Under the pieces are notes generated by a model. That model searched no databases. It saw nothing but the letters and a program-made list of their open reading frames with translations, and had not been told where the DNA came from. Positions 1 to 10,177 of a stretch of 64,000 bases of DNA are shown one piece after another. Source of the DNA: a virus (Duplodnaviria; Caudoviricetes); the IMG/VR virus record IMGVR_UViG_2974611114_000001, positions 40,330 through 104,329 of that record; one strand, written 5' to 3'. Numbering within the stretch: the first letter of the stretch is position 1; each line of letters begins with the position of its first letter. Made by a program: the position numbers and the translations under genes.

Positions 1-307
1 TAGCTGCTGCGATTTCACGGTAGGTTTTTTCGCCTTCGTTTGCATTCAGATAATCAACTAACTCAGCTTCCATTTCAGGAGTCCATGGACTTTCTTTAGC
101 ATCAACTGCTAACTGAACTTTGTAGCCTAATTTACGCAGTTTAGAACTGATTTGACGAGCTGTTACAGCACGTTCTGTTTCTTCTGCCATTTCGCCAGCG
201 ATAACAACAACTTGTTCTTGTGATACTTCATCAACACCAAGTGCGTTTGCTTTTGCTACTAAGATATCTGTATTTGCTTCGTTCCACGTTAATTTTGCTT
301 GACTCAT
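1..307 (-). CDS. D5: T5 D5-like DNA-binding protein (runs off the left edge)
   Basis: Reverse strand reads MSQAKLTWNEANTDILVAKANALG...RQISSKLRKLGY...SPWTPEMEAELVDYLNANEGEKTYREIAAA; resembles T5 D5 and follows ligB as in T5. Confidence 0.8.
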   Translation of the reverse strand, partial: MSQAKLTWNEANTDILVAKANALGVDEVSQEQVVVIAGEMAEETERAVTARQISSKLRKLGYKVQLAVDAKESPWTPEMEAELVDYLNANEGEKTYREIAAA

Positions 308-311
308 TATT

Positions 312-1070
312 TTATTCCTTTGTATACTTACTTATTAAGTTTTCAATAGTACCTATCTCGATACCATTGTTCTGGGCTTTAAGAAAAGAAGAAGAAGTAC
401 GTTTACTTTCATCTTCACATATCAAATATTTGACTTCTTTTGTTACACTTGACTTAACTGTGAATCCTAGGTTCTCAAGATAAGCCTTTGCATCATTTCG
501 ATTCTTGAAATCATTTAAAGAACCAGTGATGCTTACTGCAATACCTAATGTCTTGGAAGCTACCGCTGTATTACCAGAAGTAGATGTAAATTTCCAAGGA
601 AGAGCCATAATCTCTTTACCTGTTTCAGAACATTTCCAAGACTCTAGGTTCTCCCCAGCCTTACCGCCTAAGCTAGCATTAGCTAATTCAGTAACTCCGA
701 GGGTAGCTTTCTCAGATGCTACATCTCCAATTAATGGGATGGATAAAGAAGCAAGTAATTGTGCCATCGACACAAATCCCTTTAACTTATCCAATTCTGC
801 ATCCAGTTTTGTACCTACTTTGTCTCCAAAGTTTGATACTAGAGTTTCCTTATCTAGAGCAAATAGCTCTGGAATACCAGAAAGATTTAGCTTTTCTAAA
901 GTCTTCTCACCGAATCCTTTGAGCTTCATCTTCTTACAAAAGTGTTCTAGAGATTTAGAGTTTTGAGCAGGGCAGTTATTAGTGTTCCGACAGAACAGTT
1001 GAGCATTCACTAGCTCCAATTTTGAACCGCACTCTGGACAATACTCTGGTGCAACTATTTTCATTTGCAT
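312..1070 (-). CDS. ligB: NAD-dependent DNA ligase subunit B (Zn finger, HhH, BRCT)
   Basis: CPECGS...C-x5-CPAQ Zn finger, KGFGEKT HhH motif, C-terminal BRCT (SITGSL...[11 protein letters not shown]). Confidence 0.92.
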   Translation of the reverse strand: MQMKIVAPEYCPECGSKLELVNAQLFCRNTNNCPAQNSKSLEHFCKKMKLKGFGEKTLEKLNLSGIPELFALDKETLVSNFGDKVGTKLDAELDKLKGFVSMAQLLASLSIPLIGDVASEKATLGVTELANASLGGKAGENLESWKCSETGKEIMALPWKFTSTSGNTAVASKTLGIAVSITGSLNDFKNRNDAKAYLENLGFTVKSSVTKEVKYLICEDESKRTSSSFLKAQNNGIEIGTIENLISKYTKE

Positions 1071-1248
1071 TTCCTCTTTCCGACTTTATGTAAATATTAT
1101 ATCAATAATTTTGGTACTTAGCAAGTAAAAATTTAAGTAACTTGCTAAGAGCCTACTCAATAAACCTTTCGTTTCCGAACAATATAACTATTATACATAA
1201 AATCTATGTGTACGTCAAGTAGATTTTAAAATTTGGGATCATATAACC

Positions 1249-1431
1249 TTAGTTATCGAGATTATCACACTCATCAATTATAATTAGATCTGCTTGTTCT
1301 CCACTATATGACTTACCTTCTTTATCTTGCCTATTTTTAGCATGATTTATTAAGTCTTGTAGTTCTTTATTCGTCATGCGTTTAGGTAGCATACCCGTTC
1401 GCTGTGCTCTAATCATAGACTCTCCCAACAA
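1249..1431 (-). CDS. small hypothetical protein between ligase subunits
   Basis: 60-aa ORF overlapping the ligA stop. Confidence 0.4.
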   Translation of the reverse strand: MLGESMIRAQRTGMLPKRMTNKELQDLINHAKNRQDKEGKSYSGEQADLIIIDECDNLDN

Positions 1432-2407
1432 TCTTAGGAATCACACCACCTGCACGAATAACTCTAATCTGGCAACCTATTTCCAGATCTAAGGCGTTAA
1501 TGAACTCAATATTATTTAATGTTGCTTTCTCAATCTTTGCATCATCAATAATAACTGGCTCAAACCAACCTACAGGTGTTACTTTACCAGATTTACCAGT
1601 TTGCCATTTAACATCTAGTAATGTAGTTACTTCACCCTCTTCATCTTCTTTTTCAGCATATGCGCCTTTTGGAAATTTATTAGTGAAACCTGCCTGCCAG
1701 TATACAGTATTATCATTCTCACGAAATACTGTACCGTCAGTTATGATCTCACCAGAACACGCCATCATCTGAACTTCTGCTGTAAGTACAGTATCAAAAC
1801 CTAATCGTTCTAAAAATAACATATCAGATCTAAAATCCTGAGTCAGCCCTTCTGGACGTTCACTACAGTTAACACCATACGCTACGAATATTAGACCCCC
1901 TTCTTCTTTTCTCTCTAGGAACTCCTCAGAAGATTTTAGGTTAACTGCACCACTAGCATAGTTACGGATATTTTCAACTTTCTTAGTTGGTACTACTTCA
2001 CCACGAATTTGAATAATTTCAGGTAGTTCCCCGTCAAATGCGTAGTATAAGTTAGGCATTACCAACTTACCTGCTGTATGGGAACAATCCTTACCCATCT
2101 TACCGTTACCACGTGTGGTTGAATATGCGTACTTGCCCTGTAAATATACGTGAGTTACTGCACACCCATCTAGCTTAGGACTTTCTACAGCATCCTTTAG
2201 TACAGGCGATTTATCTCCACGACACGGGTAAAACTTTTGTAAGCTGTATACAGGAAATACTAATTTAATATCGCCCTTGCTACCTATTTCTTCTTCTAGC
2301 TCTGGGTAATTAGCTACAATAGCATCGTACTCTTCGTTAGAGATTAAAGGATGTCCAGCATAGTAAGCTTCCTGACATTCCTTAATAAATTGTCTAGTAT
2401 TACTCAT
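1409..2407 (-). CDS. ligA: NAD-dependent DNA ligase subunit A (adenylation and OB domains)
   Basis: KLDG adenylation motif, TRGNG, RGEV, WQTGKSGKVTPV, RAGGVIPKI; start taken at MSNTRQF (2407) behind GGAG. Confidence 0.93.
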   Translation of the reverse strand: MSNTRQFIKECQEAYYAGHPLISNEEYDAIVANYPELEEEIGSKGDIKLVFPVYSLQKFYPCRGDKSPVLKDAVESPKLDGCAVTHVYLQGKYAYSTTRGNGKMGKDCSHTAGKLVMPNLYYAFDGELPEIIQIRGEVVPTKKVENIRNYASGAVNLKSSEEFLERKEEGGLIFVAYGVNCSERPEGLTQDFRSDMLFLERLGFDTVLTAEVQMMACSGEIITDGTVFRENDNTVYWQAGFTNKFPKGAYAEKEDEEGEVTTLLDVKWQTGKSGKVTPVGWFEPVIIDDAKIEKATLNNIEFINALDLEIGCQIRVIRAGGVIPKIVGRVYD

Positions 2408-3039
2408 TAATACCATTCTCCTTTGCCAACTTTGAATACTTGAAATACTGTTTCTGCCTCTGATACACCATGGCATATTAACATATCACACAAATTATCC
2501 GCCCAACCATCATGTAGCATATTGAATACTGGGATATTATAAGACATAGCTACTGATACTGCTGTTGCTGTTCCACCTTTAGCCATGCCAAACTTATCTT
2601 CCGGAGCCCAGTATACTACAAAATCAGTAGGATCATCTAAATTATATCCTAGAACCTGTTGCATGTTCCTACAGTGAGCATCCAATGCAAAACCATCCAA
2701 CGTGTCACCGTATTTATGGTGTACATATACTAATGTTTCTAGTTCTTCCCTTAATAGACCATGTTTAGGCACTACTTGACATAGTTCTGGGTCACCAAAT
2801 TTTGCACCAAAATTAGGATTAGGAAGAAATATCTCGGCACATTCTTTATAAGGTAAGGCTGAATGTGGAGTTCTGCTACCTGTACTTGCCCCCTGTTGAA
2901 AAGCATAGTCCATTCCCTCAGCCCTTCCACTGCGTAGCTTTAATCCTAGAATAGTGTTTAATAAATATGCTAGGTATCGTGCTTCTCTTTGTTTATGTAA
3001 AGGAGCTTTACGACTTCCTATACCTGTGTATACTTTCAT
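2407..3039 (-). CDS. DprA/Smf-like SLOG-fold protein
   Basis: YTGIGSR, LRSGRAEGMDYAF, GGTATAVSVA...IPVFN motifs typical of phage SLOG/DprA-like proteins. Confidence 0.7.
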   Translation of the reverse strand: MKVYTGIGSRKAPLHKQREARYLAYLLNTILGLKLRSGRAEGMDYAFQQGASTGSRTPHSALPYKECAEIFLPNPNFGAKFGDPELCQVVPKHGLLREELETLVYVHHKYGDTLDGFALDAHCRNMQQVLGYNLDDPTDFVVYWAPEDKFGMAKGGTATAVSVAMSYNIPVFNMLHDGWADNLCDMLICHGVSEAETVFQVFKVGKGEWY

Positions 3040-3118
3040 ATAATTACTCCCAATCTATTTATAAAATAATTATATCAAAATATTTAGTAAACGTCAAGTA
3101 AAATAAAAGCCGAAGATG

Positions 3119-3457
3119 CTAATCCTCGGCTTTTTCTACTTCCTTTATTTCAACGTTATCAACGTGCTCTAATACCTCTTGTAATAGTTCTGCCTTACTA
3201 AGACAAGTGGCTAATGCTTTAAATAACCTAGTTGTAGAGTCTAATGTAAAGGGTATACTGAACCCTCTAGAGGTCGGTCTCCACACATCTTCTAGATCTA
3301 GATACCAGTATCTAATTCCGAAATACGTGTTGCCTAAAAACTCGGATACGGTGAACCTAACTTGTTCACCGTATTTTTCCCAGAGAATATGATCAATTAG
3401 GTCAGTATTTCCACTAATATCCTGAAGAAATTCCCCCTCAGAGTTTAGTTGAGACAC
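3119..3457 (-). CDS. PC4-like ssDNA-binding protein (T5-conserved); start uncertain
   Basis: EQVRFTVSEFLGNTYFGIRYWY...WRPTSRGFS is a PC4-family pattern; GTG at 3457 is a plausible start. Confidence 0.7.
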   Translation of the reverse strand: MSQLNSEGEFLQDISGNTDLIDHILWEKYGEQVRFTVSEFLGNTYFGIRYWYLDLEDVWRPTSRGFSIPFTLDSTTRLFKALATCLSKAELLQEVLEHVDNVEIKEVEKAED

Positions 3458-3773
3458 GAGCGTTGTTAACGGCAGTTCCGAGGTGTTCCACTTTAAAGAT
3501 ATGTGATACAGGCAGTACTCGGAATTGATCTTGTGCCCAGTTAAACACAAGAATCTCATCTTCCCCCACTTTCATAGGTTTGCTAGTAGCTAGCTTATGA
3601 GCTACGTAAGGGGTTGAGAAATCAGTAGTACAAGCAAAGTGCGTAGTACCTTTAGCCTTGATTTTTCGATAGAAAACAAAAGCATCACCAAATTTAGTTA
3701 GTGCTTCTAAGATTTTCTCTTTCTTATTGGCTTCCGACTTCTCAAAACGGATTACTGGATTAATCATATACAA
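3438..3773 (-). CDS. conserved T5-like hypothetical protein
   Basis: 111-aa ORF with GGAG RBS at the T5-syntenic position after D3. Confidence 0.7.
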   Translation of the reverse strand: MYMINPVIRFEKSEANKKEKILEALTKFGDAFVFYRKIKAKGTTHFACTTDFSTPYVAHKLATSKPMKVGEDEILVFNWAQDQFRVLPVSHIFKVEHLGTAVNNARVSTKL

Positions 3774-3787
3774 CTCTCCCTAGTTAA

Positions 3788-4234
3788 TTATGCAACATTT
3801 ACTGTATTTAATACATCAGCTAAGTGCTGAGCAAATTTACCAGTTAATTTTTCAAACTGATCCATCTCAAGAGATGCTTCGTCGATACCTAATTTTCCAG
3901 TTAATACTGAGATTAACGCTGCCTGTGCTTCTGCCTTAGAAGTACGACCGCCCCCTTTAGATGTGGAAGCTGTTTTAGCAGTCTTTTTAGCCCCTTCTGG
4001 TTTCTTGAAGTAGCGACCAGCTTTTGCTAACTTCATACGAGCGCCTGCTACTGTTGCATCAGTGCCTTCAACTGCCTCTGCTAGAGCTTCTGTAGTATAC
4101 TTACCTTTCAGCTCATCATCAGTCGATTCATCGCTTGGGTTATTTTCACGGTGTGTTGCTACCATAGCCTCTAATGCTTCATCGTATTTATCAGCGATCA
4201 TTGCAAAAGCTTCATCAGTCCATTCAAATGCCAT
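3788..4234 (-). CDS. D3: T5 D3-like DNA-binding protein
   Basis: WTDE...RMKLAKAGRYFKK...GGRTSKAEAQAAL...EKLTGKFAQHLA resembles T5 D3. Confidence 0.85.
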   Translation of the reverse strand: MAFEWTDEAFAMIADKYDEALEAMVATHRENNPSDESTDDELKGKYTTEALAEAVEGTDATVAGARMKLAKAGRYFKKPEGAKKTAKTASTSKGGGRTSKAEAQAALISVLTGKLGIDEASLEMDQFEKLTGKFAQHLADVLNTVNVA

Positions 4235-4307
4235 AATTTTTATATCCTCTTTTGTTTAATTGATATGAATATTATATCTAATATTTAGTGAGTTGGCAAA
4301 TACAATT

Positions 4308-4562
4308 TTAAATTAAGACCCAGTCTTGTGAACGTAGGTCTAATTCATAGATTGATTTGCGTGGTGTGGTTTTTGGAACATCCAGTAAAAGTGTTTCAGT
4401 ATACGTTCCGTCAGGGTACACGGTGGTGTATACCCCTAGAACGTCTCCTTGGGAGTCTGGTCTAGCTACCTCTACACGGCTATTATTCTTTTCTGCTAAT
4501 TTAATAGCAAATAATAGGCTTACTTTCTTAATCACTAAGCTACTTCCTTTTCTTATCATCAT
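4308..4562 (-). CDS. hypothetical protein
   Basis: 84-aa ORF coupled to the D2 stop. Confidence 0.6.
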   Translation of the reverse strand: MMIRKGSSLVIKKVSLLFAIKLAEKNNSRVEVARPDSQGDVLGVYTTVYPDGTYTETLLLDVPKTTPRKSIYELDLRSQDWVLI

Positions 4563-5259
4563 TTGCTTGTTTCTTAGCTTTCTCTAGTGCTGAGCTAAGA
4601 AGAGGATACGCGTCTTCTTTTGTCCACTTAAAACCTACTTTTGCTTGGTCAATCCCAAACTTATGTAGATGTTTTAAACTTCCTAAGTTCCATGAGTTTT
4701 GATGAACGTACTGTTGAGTTCCCTCATCTAGAAGATAAACGCGATAAACATCATCATTAATCTTCTTCATGATCTCCCCAAAGCATTGGTATGCGGATAC
4801 CCATACTTTTTCACCAACTTCGAACTCGAAAGACATAGCCGCCTCTGGAACTAGTGGAGGATTAAGCTCAAAAGGCTTATCTGGCGGAGCCGATTGAGCC
4901 GATCTAAGGTCTGCTCCTACGCTCTCCAAAAACTCTTTAACTTTACTAGAAGATCTATATACTGCACTTGCAATCTCAGCCAATGATTGACCATTAAGAC
5001 TACGTTCAATAATATCTGTAGCCTCTACTCCCTCAATCGGCTTTCCGCGTTTCTGGGCACGCATACGCTTATCAAGTTCTTTATTAGCCTGCCACTCCTC
5101 AATCAGTTTTTCCATTTGAGGATTGGAACTAACTTTGACACCGGATCTACCTAAAATATCTCTCGCACCTACTTTTGTACCACCATTCTCTAGCCATTCA
5201 ATAGCTTCTTTAAACAGAGAATCTGGAATCATATGTGCGTGTTTTCTTGATCTAGCCAT
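4540..5259 (-). CDS. D2: T5 D2-like protein
   Basis: MARSRKHAHMIPD...LENGGTK...SSNPQMEKLIEEWQ resembles T5 D2; start at 5259. Confidence 0.85.
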   Translation of the reverse strand: MARSRKHAHMIPDSLFKEAIEWLENGGTKVGARDILGRSGVKVSSNPQMEKLIEEWQANKELDKRMRAQKRGKPIEGVEATDIIERSLNGQSLAEIASAVYRSSSKVKEFLESVGADLRSAQSAPPDKPFELNPPLVPEAAMSFEFEVGEKVWVSAYQCFGEIMKKINDDVYRVYLLDEGTQQYVHQNSWNLGSLKHLHKFGIDQAKVGFKWTKEDAYPLLSSALEKAKKQANDDKKRK

Positions 5260-5596
5260 TAACTGACTCTCCATCAACAACGGATTTAACATAGTTCACT
5301 ATTGTATCGCAGTGACACCTTTTCTTTGGTTTGCAGAAACATCCAAGAACTATATGCTTTCCATTAGAGTTTCTGTAGTCCTCTATAATAGTATTTACTG
5401 CCATAGCAAACTCAGGGTCTAACTCTAATGATCTAAAGAAGTAGTTCTCATATTCGTCGCATACTCTATCTCTATCTAAAGAATGCTCCATATGAAAAGG
5501 ATTACCTAACACTGATAAATCCTTACCTACTCCTGCATAATAGTTGGGTCTGCCACAATAGTGAGTACATTGTCTAGCTAACCCTGCAAATATCAT
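5252..5596 (-). CDS. DUF4326-like protein
   Basis: YCGR...LGNPF...LGCFCKPKKRCHCD pattern. Confidence 0.75.
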   Translation of the reverse strand: MIFAGLARQCTHYCGRPNYYAGVGKDLSVLGNPFHMEHSLDRDRVCDEYENYFFRSLELDPEFAMAVNTIIEDYRNSNGKHIVLGCFCKPKKRCHCDTIVNYVKSVVDGESVNG

Positions 5597-5628
5597 TTAA
5601 TTTATTCCTTATTCAGAATTTAAATATA

Positions 5629-5877
5629 TTATATTACTTTATAAGGATCTTTGCAAATAGAATTTTCATGTATTTCCGATAGTTCTTTATACCGCTTCTC
5701 TAGAACTAATGTTATCATCTTCTGCAATCTGACTGTTCTTCTATGCTCTAACCAAGATATGGGGTCAGGTAGTAACATCAAGGCTGGTGGAACGACCCTA
5801 CAGATAGGTCGTTCATCTCTTTCCTCGACGTATTTCTTGGCTGGTGGCTTAGCATATACTTTCTTCCATCTACCCAT
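5629..5877 (-). CDS. conserved T5-like hypothetical protein
   Basis: MGRWKKVYAK... ORF overlapping the obp stop. Confidence 0.6.
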   Translation of the reverse strand: MGRWKKVYAKPPAKKYVEERDERPICRVVPPALMLLPDPISWLEHRRTVRLQKMITLVLEKRYKELSEIHENSICKDPYKVI

Positions 5878-8647
5878 CTCCAAGCTCCAAATCAGCAATA
5901 CCCTCATAGTACTTCTGCTTCTCTTCGATAGTCATAAATGCTACAGGTAACTGGATACCTTCTATTCTGCAGTACGTTCTGTACCAGTCTACAATATTAG
6001 TAGTATCCATATCTTTACCGATACCCATCATTGTTAAGTACATTCTAGCATATTTAGGAGATGCACTATTACCAGTTCTAATAAAGAATTCCCTTTTATG
6101 GGATTTCATAGCCTCTACGAATGGGACTATTGTCTTTTCAGAACACCTAGTAATTGGCTCCCAGAAAATGTCTTGAACCTTATGGAAGAACCCAGCTCGT
6201 TCGTGTGGCTTTTCAGTAACGTATTGTTCTACTAATTCTCTGGTTAGCTCATTGATGTTGTCCAACTTATAGTACTGTAATAGTAACATCTTTTCAGAAT
6301 ACGCATCATTATGTCGTAATGGTGTGTAATCAGGAGTAGAAGACATAATAGCATCCACACGTTGATTAAAGTACTCAGTACTAGCGCTCTCTATACCTCC
6401 CCAGCTTTCCGTAAATATATCAATAGTTGCACCTTGATCTAATAAATAGAATCTTAACGTTGATTGATAGTTTTTACTCTCTATCTCCCTACGTCTGGCG
6501 TATAGCTGTTGACTTCTATCAATCCATCCCTCATCAGCATTATATTGCTCAGAACCTGCAACAAATCCAGCAACACCAGGATTAGTATACATATAGATTG
6601 ACATTGCACCACGATCTCGCCTGATAGCTTGCATTCTCATGTTTGGTGAGTGATTGGCTGTATTAGTTATTACAAATACGTTATCAAAGTAATTAAAGTC
6701 AACACCACTAGTTACCGATGGACTACATAATAGGGCATCAATCCCCTGATCAATTAACTCTTGGTTAGTTAAATCTAGGATTCTTCTAATATCGGGATCC
6801 TCTGTAGATGAGGAGTGGACTTCTTTAACATTCGCCCCTGTTGCCGCTCGTAGGGCTATGCCCTTTTCGGCTAACTGGGCGGGACCGGAGTCTGATACTA
6901 ATATTGACTTCTCACCCATCTCTAGAGATGTTTGCAGAGCTGTCCATATAGACTTTTCGTCAGGAAACTCATATACTTGAGCACCCTCCAGCATTCTTCT
7001 ATGGTGATTGTAATAATAAATAGGTTTGGCGAAGCCAATTAGAGCACCATAAGCCTCAATCGTTTCTGCACTAATATCACCATCCGATAGAACAACATAG
7101 TCTGCTGCCAGTAGTAGTTCTCGTAACGTTTCGATGCATGCCCTACGTTGCTTTACGACCGGCGCAAATAATAGGTCATTCATAACAGCGTCTGCTTCAT
7201 CAATAAACACGAAGTTAACTCTATCGGTGAATGTTGCGAACTTATGTATGGAATGAATAGTAGTTGACATTCTATCAATACCACCACGTTTAAAGTTTAG
7301 CATGTCTGCCGTCTTACAATATTGACCTGCACCGAATTTAGCTGCGTTAGATGCTACCAGTGAACGGGTGTTCGTTACTGCTAGGAACCCCCCTTTAACT
7401 AACCCCTTATTAAGCCAATTAATAATTGCAGTTGTCTTACCAGTACCTAAAGATGCTTTAACGAATGTCATACTATTAGGTGGCGGGATTTCCCGAAGTT
7501 TTAAGTACTTTTCCGCCTCGTTGCTATCAGTTTTCAGGGCGTACAAAGGCACTCCCTTTAGATTACCTTCAGGGATTTTTCTAGCTGAATTGTTAACGAA
7601 TGCTTTTAATGCTTGACGTCTACCATTATTAAAGTAATCTTGAACAGAACGTCTGTTATCTTTAGTACTTACATACTCCTCAAGATATGGACGAATTTCT
7701 CTCTCTAGCCAAGCTAGATCAACGCCCTCTTCTAATGCTCTATGGTAGAGTTTAGGAATAATACGAAGATATACACCATCTTCTGCTTCTTCAAGCTCTC
7801 TGATAGTATCCTCTATTTTTTCTGATGTAGATTTTTTTCCTTTAATAGAATCTAATAATGACAAAAATTCCTCTTTAAATTCACCACGAGTTGACTCATA
7901 GTCTGGTGCATTATGTGGAAGATTAATCTTCGAACCCTCAACACGCACCAATCTTGGAATTCTACGTTCTAGGAAAGGATCTACCATGCCATCCTCAAAG
8001 ATAGGATCAGCGAAGTAATGTGGTTGTACTGCTGAATAGTACGCTAAGTCAATAAGGTCGGAACCATACTTTTGGCGTGACGATTCGTTGACAGTCGAAA
8101 ATATAAACTTCAACTGCCCTTGTGTAACTGGAATATTGCTTTCTAGAATTAAGTGAATACGAATCCCTGGCTTTATGCCAGCAGAAGATGATGCATGAAC
8201 AATAAAGCCTGCATCCAATGGAAACATATCCTCACTTATATTATTAAGCATCTTTATAGCAAACTTTGCTTGACCTACCAAATCGAAATGATCAATATCT
8301 TCAGGCAAGGGGAAGTCGTCCACGTCAATAGCTACTACATGGCTTCGCTCTGTTAAATCAAAGTTTACTCTACGTCTATAAATAGCATTCTTAGAACCAG
8401 TACATTTACCGCGAACGGCTAATAGGTACGGATTCCTAGTGAGGGTGTGTAAAAGATCCTCCATCTCGACTAAGTCTTCTGGATATACCTCATCAACAAC
8501 ATTATACTGAATAGCCATAGATGCTGGCTTGCCTTCTGGATGTTCTTTATTGAATCGTTTACAGAATACTAAATCTGTATCCTTTTCATACTCACCAGTG
8601 GCTTTATTCAGACGATAGCCCTCATGTCCCTTTAAAATAGTGAACAT
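5870..8647 (-). CDS. obp: replication origin-binding protein / SF2 helicase with N-terminal primase-polymerase-like region
   Basis: 925 aa; ASLGTGKT Walker A, FIDEAD Walker B, SPSVTSGVDF, QAIRRDR; N-terminal IDVD...IHLIL; T5 synteny. Confidence 0.9.
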   Translation of the reverse strand: MFTILKGHEGYRLNKATGEYEKDTDLVFCKRFNKEHPEGKPASMAIQYNVVDEVYPEDLVEMEDLLHTLTRNPYLLAVRGKCTGSKNAIYRRRVNFDLTERSHVVAIDVDDFPLPEDIDHFDLVGQAKFAIKMLNNISEDMFPLDAGFIVHASSSAGIKPGIRIHLILESNIPVTQGQLKFIFSTVNESSRQKYGSDLIDLAYYSAVQPHYFADPIFEDGMVDPFLERRIPRLVRVEGSKINLPHNAPDYESTRGEFKEEFLSLLDSIKGKKSTSEKIEDTIRELEEAEDGVYLRIIPKLYHRALEEGVDLAWLEREIRPYLEEYVSTKDNRRSVQDYFNNGRRQALKAFVNNSARKIPEGNLKGVPLYALKTDSNEAEKYLKLREIPPPNSMTFVKASLGTGKTTAIINWLNKGLVKGGFLAVTNTRSLVASNAAKFGAGQYCKTADMLNFKRGGIDRMSTTIHSIHKFATFTDRVNFVFIDEADAVMNDLLFAPVVKQRRACIETLRELLLAADYVVLSDGDISAETIEAYGALIGFAKPIYYYNHHRRMLEGAQVYEFPDEKSIWTALQTSLEMGEKSILVSDSGPAQLAEKGIALRAATGANVKEVHSSSTEDPDIRRILDLTNQELIDQGIDALLCSPSVTSGVDFNYFDNVFVITNTANHSPNMRMQAIRRDRGAMSIYMYTNPGVAGFVAGSEQYNADEGWIDRSQQLYARRREIESKNYQSTLRFYLLDQGATIDIFTESWGGIESASTEYFNQRVDAIMSSTPDYTPLRHNDAYSEKMLLLQYYKLDNINELTRELVEQYVTEKPHERAGFFHKVQDIFWEPITRCSEKTIVPFVEAMKSHKREFFIRTGNSASPKYARMYLTMMGIGKDMDTTNIVDWYRTYCRIEGIQLPVAFMTIEEKQKYYEGIADLELGDG

Positions 8648-8721
8648 GCTACTATAACTCCTTTGTTATAAATTTTAGATACAATTATACTATATAGAAT
8701 TACCACTTGTCAATTGCATTT

Positions 8722-9410
8722 TTCACGGCTAAGGCTTCCGGTGGCACAAGTGCTCGGGTTCCCCTTATCTTACTCCTGCAACTTCTAGTTAATAATAAAC
8801 AGATTCCATAACTACCTCTTACGCCATTGTGCTAGGGAGAGTGTTCCACGTAAGCCCCATCGTTGCATCGATTCTTTAAGTTTCATTATGTTCACTGCTA
8901 GTACAGACGTTTTCTCAAAATAGAGAATTACTCCGAAGCTATAAACTTATATCACCATTCATTGTATTACTTCAAAACCATAATGCGGCAAGGTTACGAA
9001 TGCTAACAGCCAGTTGAATCATAATAACCGCCCCACGATATCAGATAACCCGCTAAGGCATACGTGGCTCGGGACCCCTTTCCTCCGAGGAGGCATTAAG
9101 CGCCGTAGTTACTAAGTTCAATATCCGACTTTTTTCAGGCTCGAGGCAGTAGGGCATACATCTCTGATTAAGGCATCGAATGCCATATGTACCGCACGCG
9201 GGATCACACCGCACCTACTCTGTTAGCTTTGAATTGTCATAATACGAATAATGTTACAGGTTCATAGTCATCGGAGACAAAAGTCTCCGACTAAGGCAGA
9301 AATCTACCTCAATATAATAAGAGACCCAACGAACCGTACTCTATCGAGTATCTCTAAGGGCACTCTAGGAATACCCTTAGAGATCGGGGATCCCTCCCCT
9401 CACTCGATAT
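8722..9410 (-). ncRNA. candidate ~690-nt structured non-coding RNA (or origin/primer RNA region)
   Basis: No ORF of 60 aa or more; own minus-strand promoter (TTGACA 9443-9438, TATAAT 9420-9415); many hairpins. Confidence 0.55.
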
Positions 9411-9467
9411 AAATATTATATCAAATATTTAAAAATTTGTCAAGAATACTTTATAAAATCGCATCGA

Positions 9468-10106
9468 CTAACGGCGTACAACACGTAATGTACCGATTAG
9501 ACCATTATCAATAGCAAACCCAAGAATCTCATCCAACGTCGAATCTTTAAGCTCAACATGGAATGCACTAGAATTTGCGCTACTGATGCAAATACCTACC
9601 ATTTCTTTATAGAGATCAGAATCCTCCCCGTAAGTCTCCGATACATAATCAAGGGCATTCAAAAGCACTTCATTTTTAAAACGTCGCATTGCTGGGCAAT
9701 CTTCATTAGTAAGACCCGCTAATAGGTTACGACCAACAATGTTTAAGAGATTTTCATCTCCTAGCACTTCGCTAGTGTCGCATTCAACAATGTTACGTAA
9801 GGAAAAGTCAATAGATGCCTCATCGTATGCAAGTATATGACCAGTACATGCAAAAATTAACGAGTTGATAACCCTAAACCCTGGAGTTAATATCATCTCT
9901 ACCAGCATATTTGCTAGAATACCGTCCGCCACAAACATACTTTCTGTTAAAGTCTTAGATACTCTAGGGGTAAATAGCATTGGGTATTCTTTATGGATGC
10001 ATTTGAGCACGTAAAGCAGATCTACTTTACCAATCCCTGCATCAATCCAGTTGCCATCAGCAACATAACCCATCTGTACACTATCAATAATCTTTACTAA
10101 GTACAT
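9468..10106 (-). CDS. hypothetical protein
   Basis: 212-aa ORF with GAGG RBS and own promoter. Confidence 0.75.
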   Translation of the reverse strand: MYLVKIIDSVQMGYVADGNWIDAGIGKVDLLYVLKCIHKEYPMLFTPRVSKTLTESMFVADGILANMLVEMILTPGFRVINSLIFACTGHILAYDEASIDFSLRNIVECDTSEVLGDENLLNIVGRNLLAGLTNEDCPAMRRFKNEVLLNALDYVSETYGEDSDLYKEMVGICISSANSSAFHVELKDSTLDEILGFAIDNGLIGTLRVVRR

Positions 10107-10177
10107 ATTAATTTCCTCTATTTGTTAATAATATGGGAATATTATATCAATATTCCCATGAATAGTCAAATAAAATT

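Noticed and set aside
312-2407. Split DNA ligase as a frameshift or novelty
   Set aside because: The two-gene NAD ligase is normal in T5-like phages
9060-9095. GAGGAAAG on the minus strand suggested RNase P RNA
   Set aside because: The following GUCC and the matching 3' P4 strand are not present
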